Source: a virus (taxonomy: Duplodnaviria > Heunggongvirae > Uroviricota > Caudoviricetes). From it: a stretch of 26,995 bases of DNA. A program made the position numbers and the translations under genes. The stretch's first letter is position 1. The number at the start of each line of letters is the position of its first letter. The notes beneath the pieces are model-generated. The model saw only the letters and a program-made list of their open reading frames with translations. It was not told the origin of the DNA and ran no database searches. The stretch lies in IMG/VR virus record IMGVR_UViG_2724679542_000005. The stretch is one strand, 5' to 3'. Of the stretch, positions 25,426 through 26,995 are shown piece after piece.

Positions 25426-25945
25426 TCAGCAACCCCGGTATCAGTTCATCCAGCGCGGCTGCTTTGTTCATGGCTTTGATGATATCCCGTTTCAGGAAAT
25501 CAACATGTCGGTTTTCCAGTTCCGGAAAACGCCGCTGCACCGACAGGGGGATCCCGTCGAGAATACTGGCAATTTCACCTGCGATCCGCGACAGCACGAA
25601 AGTACAGAATGCGGTTTCCACCACTTCAGCTGAGTCTCTGGCATTCTTCAGTTCCTGTGCGTCGGCCTGCGCACGCGTAAGTCGATGGCGTTCGTACTCA
25701 ATAGTCCCTGGCTGGAGATCTGCCTCGCTGGCCTGGCGCAGTTCTTCAACCTCCCGGCGCAGCTTTTCGTTCTCAATTTCAGCATCCCTTTCGGCATACC
25801 ATTTTATAACGGCGGCAGAGTCATAAAGCACCTCATTACCCTTGCCACCGCCTCGCAGAACGGGCATTCCCTGTTCCTGCCAGTTCTGAATGGTACGGAT
25901 ACTCGCACCGAAAATGTCAGCCAGCTGCTTTTTGTTGACTTCCAT
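25400..25945 (-). CDS. nu1: Terminase small subunit Nu1 (181 aa)
   Basis: MEVNKKQLADIFGASIRTIQNWQEQGMPVL... matches lambda Nu1; 26-nt overlap with A; starts 177 nt from cosN as in lambda. Confidence 0.95.
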
Positions 25946-26122
25946 TGTTCATTCCACGGCCAAAAACAGAGAAAGGAAACGACAAAGGCCCAAAAGTTCG
26001 TTTTCAGCACCTGTCGTTTCCTTTCTCTTCAGGGGGTATTTTAAATAAAAACATTAAGTTACGACGAAGAAGAACGGAAACGCCTTAAACCGGAAAATTT
26101 TCATAAATAGCGAAAACCCGCG
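25946..26122. promoter_or_regulatory. cosB: terminase (Nu1) binding region with three R-type elements
   Basis: GGAAACG at 25975-25981 and 26077-26083, CGTTTCC at 26015-26021; position between cosN and nu1. Confidence 0.7.
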
Positions 26123-26134
26123 AGGTCGCCGCCC
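26123..26134. other. cosN: 12-nt cohesive end site (reverse complement GGGCGGCGACCT)
   Basis: Exact reverse complement of the lambda cohesive end, read directly. Confidence 0.9.
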
Positions 26135-26357
26135 CGTAACGGTCTGGATCACCGGAAAGGACCCGCCAACGACTTTCGCGTGCAGGCATTAAAAATTTTG
26201 CAGTTCCATGCCTAGTTGAAACCTCGATTTCTATAACATCCAATTTTGTAAATTTAGATATAGCTCAACTTTTCCCAATGTTTTCAAGTGTATAAAAACA
26301 ATTGGCGTTACGCCATAACACTATACTTAGGATAAGTAAAGATTTTAAGGAGTTTTA

Positions 26358-26444
26358 ATGAGTCAACATCAATATTATCCACAGCTGAAATGGAAGCCTG
26401 CTGAATATGAATCTCTGATGCTTTTAGATCAAACTACGCTCTCT
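26358..26444 (+). pseudogene. 5' end (29 codons) of an AT-rich gene disrupted by IS1; product unknown
   Basis: AAGGAG 5 nt before the ATG at 26358; reading frame runs straight into the IS1 terminal repeat at 26445; peptide MSQHQYYPQLKWKPAEYESLMLLDQTTLS not recognised. Confidence 0.6.
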
Positions 26445-26499
26445 GGTAATGCTGCCAACTTACTGATTTAGTGTATGATGGTGATTTTAAGGTGCTTGC

Positions 26500-26775
26500 G
26501 TGGCTTCCATTTCCATCAGATGTCCTTCCTGCTCCGCTACTGAAGGCGTGGTGCGTAACGGCAAAAGCACTGCCGGACATCAGCGCTATCTCTGCTCTCA
26601 TTGCCGTAAAACATGGCAACTACAGTTCACTTACACCGCCTCTCAGCCCGGTACGCACCAGAAAATCATTGATATGGCCATGAATGGCGTCGGATGTCGC
26701 GCCAGTGCACGCATTATGGGCGTTGGCCTCAACACGGTTTTACGTCACTTAAAAAACTCAGGCCGCAGTCGGTAA
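26500..26775 (+). CDS. insA: IS1 InsA (91 aa, GTG start)
   Basis: ORF-track product [37 protein letters not shown]... is IS1 InsA; A6C frameshift motif at 26751-26757. Confidence 0.95.
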   Translation: MASISIRCPSCSATEGVVRNGKSTAGHQRYLCSHCRKTWQLQFTYTASQPGTHQKIIDMAMNGVGCRASARIMGVGLNTVLRHLKNSGRSR

Positions 26776-26995
26776 CCTCGCGCATACAACCGGGCAGTGA
26801 TGTGATTGTCTGCGCTGAAATGGACGAACAGTGGGGCTACGTCGGTGCTAAATCACGTCAGCGCTGGCTGTTTTACGCGTATGACAGGATACGGAGGACG
26901 GTTGTGGCGCACGTCTTCGGTGAACGCACTCTGGCCACACTGGAGCGTCTTCTGAGCCTGCTGCCGGCCTTTGAGGTCGTGGTATGGATGACGGA
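26694..26995 (+). CDS. insB: IS1 InsB, 5' part (runs off the window); expressed as InsAB' by -1 frameshift
   Basis: Frame translated by hand from ATG 26694: ...[40 protein letters not shown]..., matching InsB from memory. Confidence 0.85.
   Translation, partial: MSRQCTHYGRWPQHGFTSLKKLRPQSVTSRIQPGSDVIVCAEMDEQWGYVGAKSRQRWLFYAYDRIRRTVVAHVFGERTLATLERLLSLLPAFEVVVWMT

Larger units (their letters stand above)
26445..26995 (+). mobile_element. IS1 insertion sequence, partial (cut by window end)
   Basis: Terminal repeat ggtaatgctgccaacttactgat at 26445; insA and insB reading frames present. Confidence 0.95.

Overview
This window is a phage lambda-like (lambdoid) prophage segment, read on the minus strand. 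From high to low coordinates it runs cos (cosN 26123-26134 plus cosB), then an uninterrupted head and tail morphogenesis operon in lambda order: nu1, A, W, B, C (with nu3), D, E, FI, FII, Z, U, V, G (and G-T), H, M, L, K, I, J, followed by lom, the side tail fibre gene stf and tfa (25945 down to 2897). The translated ORFs match my recollection of the lambda gene products closely; lengths, overlaps and intergenic spacings also fit lambda. The module is bracketed by two partial IS1 copies in inverted orientation (1-240 minus, 26445-26995 plus), identical over the part visible in the window, with their insA-proximal ends facing the phage DNA. Between tfa and the left IS1 is a lower-GC accessory patch: a putative SAM-dependent methyltransferase flanked by ~215-bp direct repeats of the tfa 3' end, a tfa fragment, a small acidic ORF, and a Rha-family regulator with a long structured leader. 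On the cos side an AT-rich gene with a strong ribosome-binding site is cut by IS1 after 29 codons. I see no integrase, immunity, replication or lysis genes, no tRNA and no CRISPR array. I found no clearly novel multi-gene system; the best candidates for something undescribed are the accessory patch at 241-2896 and the disrupted gene at 26358. No searches were run: identities rest on recall and on motifs visible in the sequence.
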